Source of the DNA: Candidatus Latescibacterota bacterium
Lineage (GTDB): Bacteria; Latescibacterota; UBA2968; UBA8231
NCBI GenBank assembly: GCA_965261395.1
Contig: OZ253462.1
Span: 2,176,001 to 2,240,000 of the forward strand
DNA length: 64,000 bases
Direction: 5' to 3'
How positions within the stretch are numbered: the first letter of the stretch is position 1; each line of letters begins with the position of its first letter. This document shows positions 10,195-18,568 of the stretch, one piece after another. A program made the position numbers and the translations under genes. Below the pieces are notes generated by a model. The model was not told the DNA's origin and did no database searches. It was given only the letters and a program-made list of their open reading frames with translations.

Positions 10195-10440
10195 GTGAAT
10201 CAACAAAAGCGCAATGAGCGCAAATTCAAAAACTGGACTGATTTACAAGATGGTGGACGACAATACTGGTACGATGTCCCCGGTCGTCAGGGATGGAAGG
10301 CACGCTATGTAAAGGAAGTAAACGAGAGCGAAGAGACGGTACGATTCTACCAGCAAATCTACGACCAAGATGGACAGTTGGTAGAAGTACATCAGAAGTA
10401 TCCAGAAGATACCGGGCACCAACTCGTTGGAAAGGAGTAA
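10195..10440 (+). CDS. Small 81-aa hypothetical protein (possible toxin-like component)
   Basis: GGAG RBS + GTG; lower GC than the flanks; 3-bp gap to the next gene. Confidence 0.75.
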   Translation: MNQQKRNERKFKNWTDLQDGGRQYWYDVPGRQGWKARYVKEVNESEETVRFYQQIYDQDGQLVEVHQKYPEDTGHQLVGKE

Positions 10441-10443
10441 GCC

Positions 10444-11181
10444 ATGGAACTCATCACGTCTGAAGTGCTCGCAGACAAAATAAGGACCTACTTACAGCAC
10501 CGATCGTCCCTCGCAGAGTTGGTAGAATGGGCAGAAAACGCGATGATGGACGGCGAGTTTGAGGAAACGAATGACTATGCGATCCGCGATATTACGGGTC
10601 GCTTAGGCGTTGCAGACGTAAAGACATTTAGCTTGAGCAAGGAAGATTTCGAGCAGTTTCTTTCGCAGTTGGAGCATACAGTACGGAAAGAGAACGGGAA
10701 CATGGCTATTCCGAATGGTTTATTGAAGTGGGACATCCCCCAGTTATCGGAAGCACTGCAAATTCCGCAAGACGATGTGCATGATTACTTCACCGATGGC
10801 CGCCGAGTATCCTTTCTACTCGAGCGACGCATAGCTTACCAAGTGCTCAAGGGCTCGCTAGCCAGTAGCGAAGGAGCGGGCTATGACGTACTGGATTCCA
10901 CAGGCCACAAATGGGAAGTCCGCAGTGTGTCCAGAAATGGTATCTATTTTTGTCCCAGCTATATGGTTGGATCAGGAAGGCGCTTTGAAGAGAATGGTTT
11001 TCTACAGAAATTAGACGAGATCGCCGGCTATATTGTCTCTGACATCGAATGTTTCCCCTCCGTACCGTACTGGCAAATTCAGGCGGACACGGTACGAGCT
11101 TGGTGGCTTCATGGGCAGCTTGGTGCAGCGTCGAGGATAAGCCGCGCCAAGGCTCTAGCCTTACTCAGGAGTATATCGTGA
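10444..11181 (+). CDS. Fusion of an ~85-aa acidic helical domain and a PD-(D/E)XK-like putative restriction endonuclease
   Basis: AAGGAG RBS; C-terminal half has E...YD-VLDSTGHKW-EVR; internal in-frame ATG at 10702; stop overlaps the MTase start. Confidence 0.65.
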   Translation: MELITSEVLADKIRTYLQHRSSLAELVEWAENAMMDGEFEETNDYAIRDITGRLGVADVKTFSLSKEDFEQFLSQLEHTVRKENGNMAIPNGLLKWDIPQLSEALQIPQDDVHDYFTDGRRVSFLLERRIAYQVLKGSLASSEGAGYDVLDSTGHKWEVRSVSRNGIYFCPSYMVGSGRRFEENGFLQKLDEIAGYIVSDIECFPSVPYWQIQADTVRAWWLHGQLGAASRISRAKALALLRSIS

Positions 11182-12443
11182 CTACACCCCAACTCGAATT
11201 ATTCCCCCCTGAGCCTCCTCGACTACGGCCTCTAAACGCCAAGGAATTCGCCGACGAAATCCAAGCCTTTGCGGATTTTGGCAAAGAGACGAACATCCTC
11301 GACTTTCCCGATCCCGCCATTTCCATTCCGGTGTACGTCAACGAGTTCTGGACCTCCAAGCAGCGCGCCGCCCACTCGCTCCACGAGGTCTCCTATCGCG
11401 CCTGTTTCAAGCCGCAATTGCCGAGGTTTTTCATTAGCCGCCTGACGCAACCCGGCGACGCGGTGTACGACCCGTTCATGGGGCGCGGCACCACTGTCCT
11501 CGAAGCGGCGCTGTTGGGCCGCCGCCCCATCGGCTGCGACATAAATCCTCTCAGCGAGCACCTAGTCCGCCCTCGCCTAGATCCACCCGCATGGAACGAG
11601 GTAGAGACGCGCTTAATGGCGCTGGACCTCGATAAATCGAGCGAGGTCTGGGACGATCTCCTTGTTTTTTATCATCCTAATACTCTCCACCAAATCGCCA
11701 ACCTGCGCTCCTACCTCCTCACGCGCCGCCAAGAGGGGACCCTAGATCGCGCCGATGCGTGGATTCAGATGGTGGCGACCAACCGCCTGACCGGGCACTC
11801 GCCGGGATTTTTCTCCGTATATACGCTGCCGCCTAATCAGGCGGTGTCCATCGAGTCGCAAAAACGCATCAACCAAAAACGCGCTCAAGTGCCGCCTGAA
11901 CGCGACATAAAGGCCATCATCCTCCGCAAGACGCGATCCTTACTGAGCAAGCTGCAAGCACACGATCTGGAAACGCTGACGGCGAATATCCCCCTGCTTA
12001 TAACCGGCTCGTCTGACAATACCTCCGCCATCGTCAGTGAATCCATCCAACTGGCCGTTACCTCGCCGCCCTTTTTGGACATTGTCAACTACCAAGCAGA
12101 CAACTGGCTGCGCTGCTGGTTTAACGGCATCGACGCCAAGGAGGTGGCTATATGGCAATTGAAAAAACCAGCGGAGTGGCAAGCAGCGATGACCCGTACC
12201 TTCCGAGAGTTGCATCGGGTCCTCGCAAGCGGGGGCTTTGTTGCCTTTGAGGTGGGCGAGGTCCGCAATGGCAAAATCCTACTGGAAACCCTCGTCGTGC
12301 CCGCGGCCATGGAGGCTGGCCTCAAGCCGCTGATGGTTTTGGTCAACGATCAGATGTTCACCAAAACCGCAAACTGCTGGGGCGTGGACAACCGCACAAA
12401 AGGCACCAACACCAATCGGATCGTCCTGATCGGTAAGCCGTAG
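11178..12443 (+). CDS. DNA amino-methyltransferase, probably N4-cytosine (alpha-type motif order)
   Basis: AGGAG + GTG 11178 (GTGA overlap); motif I DPFMGRGTT precedes motif IV TSPPF. Confidence 0.88.
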   Translation: MTTPQLELFPPEPPRLRPLNAKEFADEIQAFADFGKETNILDFPDPAISIPVYVNEFWTSKQRAAHSLHEVSYRACFKPQLPRFFISRLTQPGDAVYDPFMGRGTTVLEAALLGRRPIGCDINPLSEHLVRPRLDPPAWNEVETRLMALDLDKSSEVWDDLLVFYHPNTLHQIANLRSYLLTRRQEGTLDRADAWIQMVATNRLTGHSPGFFSVYTLPPNQAVSIESQKRINQKRAQVPPERDIKAIILRKTRSLLSKLQAHDLETLTANIPLLITGSSDNTSAIVSESIQLAVTSPPFLDIVNYQADNWLRCWFNGIDAKEVAIWQLKKPAEWQAAMTRTFRELHRVLASGGFVAFEVGEVRNGKILLETLVVPAAMEAGLKPLMVLVNDQMFTKTANCWGVDNRTKGTNTNRIVLIGKP

Positions 12444-12468
12444 AGGAATTGCCCTAGCCCCCCATCCA

Positions 12469-12550
12469 CCCACGGAAGTCGAAGATCACTTTGCCGGGAA
12501 TGCCCAGCGGTTTTTGGCGATGATGCGCGGACCGGCTGCGTAGCGTCCGT
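12469..12550 (+). repeat. 82-bp direct repeat, copy 2
   Basis: Duplicate of 10055-10136; abuts the stop codon of the convergent oxidoreductase. Confidence 0.95.
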
Positions 12551-13578
12551 TACCCTCTCGGCAGTGGCAGTTCCACCTTCGTACTACCCTCGGCCTGTGA
12601 CCGCAGCGCGGCTACCATGATTTCCAGCACGTGCCGGCCACGCACCGCCGGCGACGAACTGGACGCGTCGCCCTGTATCGCCTGCGCCAGCTCCTGCACA
12701 GCCGGAATCAGATTCGCGCCAAAAGGACTGGCATACCCGCGGCCCGGCGGCGGCGACACGGCCTCGGGCGTCCCCTCAGGAGCATCGGTCTTCCAAGCCA
12801 TGCACTGCTGATCGGTCATCCAGAAGCGACCATCCGTGCCCTGTAGGTCTAGCTCGAACATCTGCGGCGTCCGCTTGGCGCAATTGATCAGCCCGCGCAC
12901 CCCATTGGCAAACTCCACGATGATCGTCGATCCGGGATCGAATTGCGGATCTTTGCCGCCTCGACCGTCGTACACCGGGCCGTAGTTTTCAAACCCGCGC
13001 TCGTGCGCGGCGATCACCCACACTGGCTCAGCGTCCGCAAAAAAGCAGACCGCATCCACCAAGTGCGTCCCATTGCGAAAGAGCATGGCGCGCCGACCTC
13101 CGAGATGCGCCACAATCCTAGTCAGGCTGCCGATCTCGCCGTTGCGGATGGCCGTGCGCACGGCCTGATAGGAAGGTAGCCAACTGCGCGTGTGATCCAC
13201 CGACAACACCGCGTTGTGGCGAGCGAGCGCGTCGATGATGCGGTCGGCGTCCTCCGCCGTGGTCGCCAGCGGCTTCTCGCAAAAAATGCCGCGTACGCCC
13301 GCGGCCACTGCATCGCAGACTGGGCCGACATGGAGGTGATCCGGGGTGGCCACGCTCACCACGTCGAGGCGTTCCCGTTCCAACATCGCGCGGTAATCCG
13401 CGTATTCGGCGACGGATCCTCGCTCGATCTCGGCCCGCTCGTAAAAGCGCGCCAGCACCTCCGGGTTTATGTCGCAGACCGCCACGAATTCGTATTCCGG
13501 GGCGCGGGCGTATGCATATCCATGACCCCCACCCACTCCAGCGCCAATAACGGCTGCGCGCAATTTGCCTTCAGACAT
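12550..13578 (-). CDS. Gfo/Idh/MocA family oxidoreductase
   Basis: AAVIGAG, VATPDHLH, CEKP, GTHLVD; start MSEGK after AAGGA. Confidence 0.9.
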   Translation of the reverse strand: MSEGKLRAAVIGAGVGGGHGYAYARAPEYEFVAVCDINPEVLARFYERAEIERGSVAEYADYRAMLERERLDVVSVATPDHLHVGPVCDAVAAGVRGIFCEKPLATTAEDADRIIDALARHNAVLSVDHTRSWLPSYQAVRTAIRNGEIGSLTRIVAHLGGRRAMLFRNGTHLVDAVCFFADAEPVWVIAAHERGFENYGPVYDGRGGKDPQFDPGSTIIVEFANGVRGLINCAKRTPQMFELDLQGTDGRFWMTDQQCMAWKTDAPEGTPEAVSPPPGRGYASPFGANLIPAVQELAQAIQGDASSSSPAVRGRHVLEIMVAALRSQAEGSTKVELPLPRG

Positions 13579-13698
13579 CTCTCGTTCCTTTCTCAAGTTG
13601 TCATGCGCCCGCGCACAAAAGCCGCTGACGCCGCCACCTGCTCCTCTTCGAGACTGTGCAATATCAACGACCCGTCAAAGCCGATCTGCCGCAAGAGC
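13570..13698. repeat. 129-bp direct repeat, copy 1 (isomerase 3' end + RBS + first codons of the oxidoreductase)
   Basis: 128/129 identical to 15883-16011. Confidence 0.97.
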
Positions 13699-13811
13699 AC
13701 TTTCGTATCACTAGGTAAGCTGATCAGGATTCGTTACGGCACTCATCATGTTGCTCTTCCTCCGTCTTCGTAAGGACTTGAGGCGACATCTCCAGCATCA
13801 TGTTTCTTCCC

Positions 13812-14579
13812 CTACTTGAACCGATTGGGACACTCCACCTGAAGCGGGGCGGGGCCGCGCCGCCCATATAGCCGCCGCCGCGGTAGTTCGATACCGCCTT
13901 TTATCAAACCAGCCCAGACCGGCGTTTGTTCGTGACCAGTGCGGCTTGCCTCTGCGCGAACCTGTTTTGTGACCTCCTCCATCAGGACGCCAATGTCTGT
14001 CCAGTTAGGTCCGTCTTGGAGCACGCGCAGTATGGCCGCGGTAAAGAGGCCATGCTGTCCGAGTTCCAAGGCCTCTTGATCGTCCTTAGCTGCTGCAAGC
14101 ACGATTCGACCGGCACCGCCAAGATCGGTAACGCCAAGTACTCCACTACGCACGACGGGTAGCCCCTCGACAACACGAGCCGGCGCACCACCGCTGAAAC
14201 AACAGTCGAGAATGACCAAGCTAGCCCGCGCCGCCGTTCTCTTGAGGCGATAAGCGAGCTCTTGCATCAGGATTGTTGTCTGATCAACTGCATTCAGATC
14301 CGCATCGAACGGAACAAGCTGGTGGCCTGGAGTTCCGTGACCCGCGAAGAATACGATGCCCGTATCGTCTTGAGCCGCATCGCCGAGGGCCGAGTCAAGG
14401 GATTTACGAATCGAATCGACCGTCGCCTCATCATCGAGAAGCCTCTTGTCGGCGATGCCCTCGACGGAGTCTTTGAAGAGAGCCCAGAGAGCGATGGCGT
14501 CCTTGGTGGCACCGGTGAGTTCGTGGATTCGGGGGTCTCTGTATTTGTTGATTCCGATGAAAACGGCTCGAAGTGCCAT
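13812..14579 (-). CDS. Caspase-like (Peptidase C14) domain protein, probably C-terminally truncated
   Basis: FIGINKY, FAGHG and LDCCFSG catalytic His/Cys, GLFT, QTP; the tail after IELP looks non-homologous. Confidence 0.85.
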   Translation of the reverse strand: MALRAVFIGINKYRDPRIHELTGATKDAIALWALFKDSVEGIADKRLLDDEATVDSIRKSLDSALGDAAQDDTGIVFFAGHGTPGHQLVPFDADLNAVDQTTILMQELAYRLKRTAARASLVILDCCFSGGAPARVVEGLPVVRSGVLGVTDLGGAGRIVLAAAKDDQEALELGQHGLFTAAILRVLQDGPNWTDIGVLMEEVTKQVRAEASRTGHEQTPVWAGLIKGGIELPRRRLYGRRGPAPLQVECPNRFK

Positions 14580-14643
14580 ATCCTATTCAATCCTCAATCC
14601 ATGTTGTTGCCGAGAACACTCTCGTAGCCAACCAAGTAGGTCG

Positions 14644-15825
14644 TCATGCCTCTTCCGACAAGGCGGCGAATGCCTCATGGTCAACAGTTAGCACTTTGAG
14701 AGTTTGCTTGTGAACACCGATGTCGTGCTCGATCAGGAGATCAATTAGCTTTTCGCCGTCAATGAGTGTGATCGGCGCAGCCCCGCTTTCAAACGCGGCT
14801 TCCTTGGTGCCTTTCGCGAACTGGGAAGTCGCAATGATGGTTCCTCGGACAGCGTTAAACCTGTGAAGTGAGCCACGGAGGGCATCGAGTTCCTTGCGCT
14901 GGATGGTCCGCCGGTGGCGTTTAGCTTGGACGACTTCACGCACTGAAGTAATGCCGAGTTCAATATCGGCAATCACGTCAACGCCCCCGTCACCCGATGC
15001 AGGTGTCACTTCGACATTTTGGTAACCCATCTCCTCAAGGAGACGCTTCACAAGGTGCTCAAAGGCGGAGGCGTCCATGTTGATCAGGAGATCGCGGAGG
15101 CGCTCTCGGACCGACTCCTCTTGTTTCTTGACCAGCGACGGAAGCTCCTGCTGCTCATCATTGCCGAGAACTTCCTCGGTTCTAACCAGTTGGAGATATA
15201 CGAGGCCCGCATCGGTTAATGAGTACATCGCACTCCTGCGATTCACGAAGCCTCGGTCAATGAGATTGTTTAGTCGCCATTGGAGCGTGTTGCGAAAAGT
15301 CGAGCGACTGCCAAATGGAGAAGAATGGCGCTTGAGGTACTCGGTCCATTCTTCGAGTATGCCACTCGCACGTGTCGGCCCGTTGTTGGCCACAAGGGTC
15401 AAGAGCTTAACAAGCCCTTCCTGCTCATCGATGAGGGATTCTGTCTCACCCCGTTCGTGGTTGATGAAGTTTTGGCCGGCTTTGGTTAGGCGAAGATTAC
15501 TATCAGTATCATCTTCAAGCATTTCGTATTTTTGGCTCAGGTGCCAGACACCGGCGGTGTACCTTGGGTTGACAGTCTTACCGCTTTTCGTCCAGATAGC
15601 CCAAGCTAAGTCTTGATCTTCGCCCGAGAGGCGTTCGAGGATCCATGTGTCGGGATCCTTCCAATCGACAGGTTTCTGGGGCGTTCCACGCAGTTCGCTA
15701 ATCGTAGCCTGCAATCTGGTGATCTGTTTTTTGGGCCGCCCAGACCAGACCTGAAGGAGATGGCGAACTTTACGGTACATCGGAAACCACGGTACGCGGA
15801 CACGCTGCTTCGTCTCGTCAGTCAT
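14644..15825 (-). CDS. mrr: Mrr-family (type IV, modification-dependent) restriction endonuclease
   Basis: C-terminal Mrr_cat: FEHLV..LL..MGY, DGGVD, VQAKR, LIDGEKLIDLL. Confidence 0.88.
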   Translation of the reverse strand: MTDETKQRVRVPWFPMYRKVRHLLQVWSGRPKKQITRLQATISELRGTPQKPVDWKDPDTWILERLSGEDQDLAWAIWTKSGKTVNPRYTAGVWHLSQKYEMLEDDTDSNLRLTKAGQNFINHERGETESLIDEQEGLVKLLTLVANNGPTRASGILEEWTEYLKRHSSPFGSRSTFRNTLQWRLNNLIDRGFVNRRSAMYSLTDAGLVYLQLVRTEEVLGNDEQQELPSLVKKQEESVRERLRDLLINMDASAFEHLVKRLLEEMGYQNVEVTPASGDGGVDVIADIELGITSVREVVQAKRHRRTIQRKELDALRGSLHRFNAVRGTIIATSQFAKGTKEAAFESGAAPITLIDGEKLIDLLIEHDIGVHKQTLKVLTVDHEAFAALSEEA

Positions 15826-15882
15826 CTAGATAATTCCGTTTGGAGAGAACGCGGACGGACGCCAATTGGGGGAATAAAATTT

Positions 15883-16011
15883 TTCAGACATCTCTCGTCC
15901 CTTTCTCAAGTTGTCATGCGCCCGCGCACAAAAGCCGCTGACGCCGCCACCTGCTCCTCTTCGAGACTGTGCAATATCAACGACCCGTCAAAGCCGATCT
16001 GCCGCAAGAGC
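15883..16011. repeat. 129-bp direct repeat, copy 2
   Basis: Duplicate of 13570-13698. Confidence 0.97.
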
Positions 16012-16730
16012 GCCAAGTAGCGATCGTAGTCGAGCACACCCGTGCCCGCGGCTTGGTGCCCGGCGTCGCCATCCCGCTCCAAGTCCTTGGCGTGGGCCAA
16101 CCGAATTGAATCCCCGAGCAAGTCAAACGCCTCGTCTAAGATCTCGCGCATCCTCGGCAACTGGCCGGCGTGGAACAGGTTGGCTCCGTCGATGACCACC
16201 TGCAAATGCTTGGACCGCACCTCGTCGAGCAAACGCCGCGCCTTCGGCGCCGAATCCACCACATTGTTAACCTCCGGCTCGAACACGAGGGTTGCGCCCT
16301 GCGCCTCGGCGATCGCCACGGCCTCCTCCATGGCCGCGACCATATCGGCCCATGCGGCTGGCGTGCTGTTGTCGGGATGGCCGCCCCACATATAGTCGGG
16401 GTTGCGCGTTCCGGTGGAAAAGGTAATCAACTCCGTCCCCAACTTGCCGCTCGCAGCAGCCAGCGCGGCGAGCCAACCCATCCCGGCGCGACGCTTTTCC
16501 AAGTCGGGATCGATGATATTAAAAGTCCCCGACAGCGCGGCGATCTCAATCCCCCGCGTTGCGTGCGCAGCGCGAATGCGCTCGCAATCGGCGTCTGTCA
16601 GCGCCACTGGATCAATGCCCGCAGCCGTCAAATCGAGCTGAACGGCCTCCAAGCCAGCCGCCTGCACCCCGTCGAGGCTTTCCTCCAGCGTCGGCCGCGC
16701 AAAAACCTTGTGGAAAATCCCTAGCTTCAT
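15906..16730 (-). CDS. Sugar phosphate isomerase/epimerase (AP_endonuc_2 TIM barrel)
   Basis: FEPE, IDGAN, HAKD, GTGVLDY. Confidence 0.88.
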   Translation of the reverse strand: MKLGIFHKVFARPTLEESLDGVQAAGLEAVQLDLTAAGIDPVALTDADCERIRAAHATRGIEIAALSGTFNIIDPDLEKRRAGMGWLAALAAASGKLGTELITFSTGTRNPDYMWGGHPDNSTPAAWADMVAAMEEAVAIAEAQGATLVFEPEVNNVVDSAPKARRLLDEVRSKHLQVVIDGANLFHAGQLPRMREILDEAFDLLGDSIRLAHAKDLERDGDAGHQAAGTGVLDYDRYLALLRQIGFDGSLILHSLEEEQVAASAAFVRGRMTT

Positions 16731-16837
16731 GTTGCGTCCCTTTCTCTCAGCACCGGCGCATCTTCTGACGTCGCCAGGCGATAACTTCGCGTTCGTGGCG
16801 GTTGCTGCGTTAGGATCTCAATCTCGGCGCAACGAAC

Positions 16838-18538
16838 TCATTTTGCCTCGCCCCAGTTCCGACCGACCCCCGCTTCGACGCGGATCGGCACGCGAAACGG
16901 CCGGCCCTTTGCGTCCTCCACGGGCGACTCCATGATCGACGCGATGAGATCGACGTATTCGGCAGCCTTGTCCCGAGGCGCTTCGAAGATTAGTTCGTCG
17001 TGGATTTGAACGAGCATTCGCGTCTCTGACGGGAGCGCGTTGTCTAAGGCGATCATCTTGTTGCGGCAGATGTCCGCGGCAGTGCCCTGAATCATCGAGT
17101 TAAAAGCGGTGCGGACATTGCCCTCGGGGAATCGCCGCCGCCGGCCGAACATGTTGACGATATGTCCGTGCCGGCGCGTGTAAGCGAGCACATCCTTGCT
17201 GACCTGCCGCACGTTTTTATAGGTCGTAAAGTAGGCTTCGATGAACGCTTTTGCTTCTGCGAGCGAAAGCCCGGTCGCGGACGACAACGCCTTAGCGCCC
17301 ATTCCGTAGAGCAGCCCGAAGTTGAGCGCTTTCGCCATATCCCGTTCCCCAGCAGTCACCTCTTCAATCGGTTTGTCGAAGATGTCGGCGACCGTCTTTT
17401 TATGGAGATCGATGTCTTGTTGGAACGCCTCCATCATCTTCGGGTCCTGGGCGTAATGGGCGGCGCAGCGCAGTTCTACTTGCGAAAAATCCACGTCGAT
17501 GAGGACATGATCCTCCTCGGCGACGAAAGCCGAGCGGATGGTCGCGCCTCGGGGGATTGCCTGCAGGTTCGGGTCGTTCGAGGAAAGGCGTCCGGTGATC
17601 GTCCCCGTCTGATTGAAGTTGCAGTGGATGCGACCCGTTTCCGGCAAGACGAGCTGCGGAAGTTTATCGACGTAGTTCGCGATCAGGGTCATCAGTTCTC
17701 GGTATTCGAGAATGAGCGGGACGACGGGGTGGCGGTGGCGCAAGGCTTCGAGGGCCCATTGGTTGACGGACTGGCGGCCGCGGCGCGTTTGGCGGCCTGA
17801 GGGCAGGTCTAAATCGCCGAACAACACTTTGCCGAGTTCAACGGTCGAATTGACGTGAAACCTCCTTCCGGCATGTGCCCATATTTCCTCTTCCAGTTCG
17901 CGGATGCGCAGCCGGTATTCGTCCCCGATGCGCTTGAGATGGTCGATGTCGAGGCGGATGCCCGTCTGTTCCATCTTCCGCAGAATGCGCATCGTCGGCA
18001 GTTCGTATTCGTAGTATAGATGGGCGAGCGTCGGCAGCTTGTCGATTTCCGGCTTGAACAATTCGTACAGTCGGAACGTGTAATCCGCGTCGGCGCAGGC
18101 GTACTCGGCGAGGTCGGGATTTTTGCCGAACAGCGTCAGTTGATGGAGGTCAACAAAGTCAACGGCTTCCTCGTCGAGCAGGTCCCGCGCGAGCCGTTTG
18201 AGCGACTTCGGGCGGTTTTCGTCGAGCAGGTGAGCCGCGATGAGCGTGTCGAAAATCTCCGCGCCTTCGAGGTCGATGTCGTGCCGTTCGAGGATCGTCA
18301 AATCGAACTTCGCGTGGTGGAATGCGAGCCGCTTTTGCCGCAGCATTTGCTGCAACTTCGGCGCGTCAATCGCCTCTGCGGGCAACCAGAACGCGCGGCG
18401 TGGCTCGCCGCAGAACGAAATCCCGGAGAGCCGCGCGCGCATCTTGTTCAGCGAATCGCCCTCCGTATCGACGGCCAGCGCGGCGTACGGTGCGATTTGC
18501 GCTAGGTCGCTCAGAACGCGGTAGTCCTTCTCCGCCAT
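16838..18538 (-). CDS. Family A DNA polymerase, Klenow-type (3'-5' exonuclease + polymerase, no 5' nuclease)
   Basis: ExoI DTE, ExoII HAKFD, ExoIII YACAD; TGRLSS; motif A DFSQVELR, motif B R..AKALNFGLLYG, motif C HDEL. Confidence 0.92.
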   Translation of the reverse strand: MAEKDYRVLSDLAQIAPYAALAVDTEGDSLNKMRARLSGISFCGEPRRAFWLPAEAIDAPKLQQMLRQKRLAFHHAKFDLTILERHDIDLEGAEIFDTLIAAHLLDENRPKSLKRLARDLLDEEAVDFVDLHQLTLFGKNPDLAEYACADADYTFRLYELFKPEIDKLPTLAHLYYEYELPTMRILRKMEQTGIRLDIDHLKRIGDEYRLRIRELEEEIWAHAGRRFHVNSTVELGKVLFGDLDLPSGRQTRRGRQSVNQWALEALRHRHPVVPLILEYRELMTLIANYVDKLPQLVLPETGRIHCNFNQTGTITGRLSSNDPNLQAIPRGATIRSAFVAEEDHVLIDVDFSQVELRCAAHYAQDPKMMEAFQQDIDLHKKTVADIFDKPIEEVTAGERDMAKALNFGLLYGMGAKALSSATGLSLAEAKAFIEAYFTTYKNVRQVSKDVLAYTRRHGHIVNMFGRRRRFPEGNVRTAFNSMIQGTAADICRNKMIALDNALPSETRMLVQIHDELIFEAPRDKAAEYVDLIASIMESPVEDAKGRPFRVPIRVEAGVGRNWGEAK

Positions 18539-18568
18539 GAATCGCCTCTATGAGAATCGCCTATCTGC

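Noticed and set aside
16731-18568. Polymerase as a prophage or pipolin remnant or a repeat-flanked cassette
   Set aside because: No phage, integrase or primase genes and no long flanking repeat; only a 9-bp GAATCGCCT repeat upstream.
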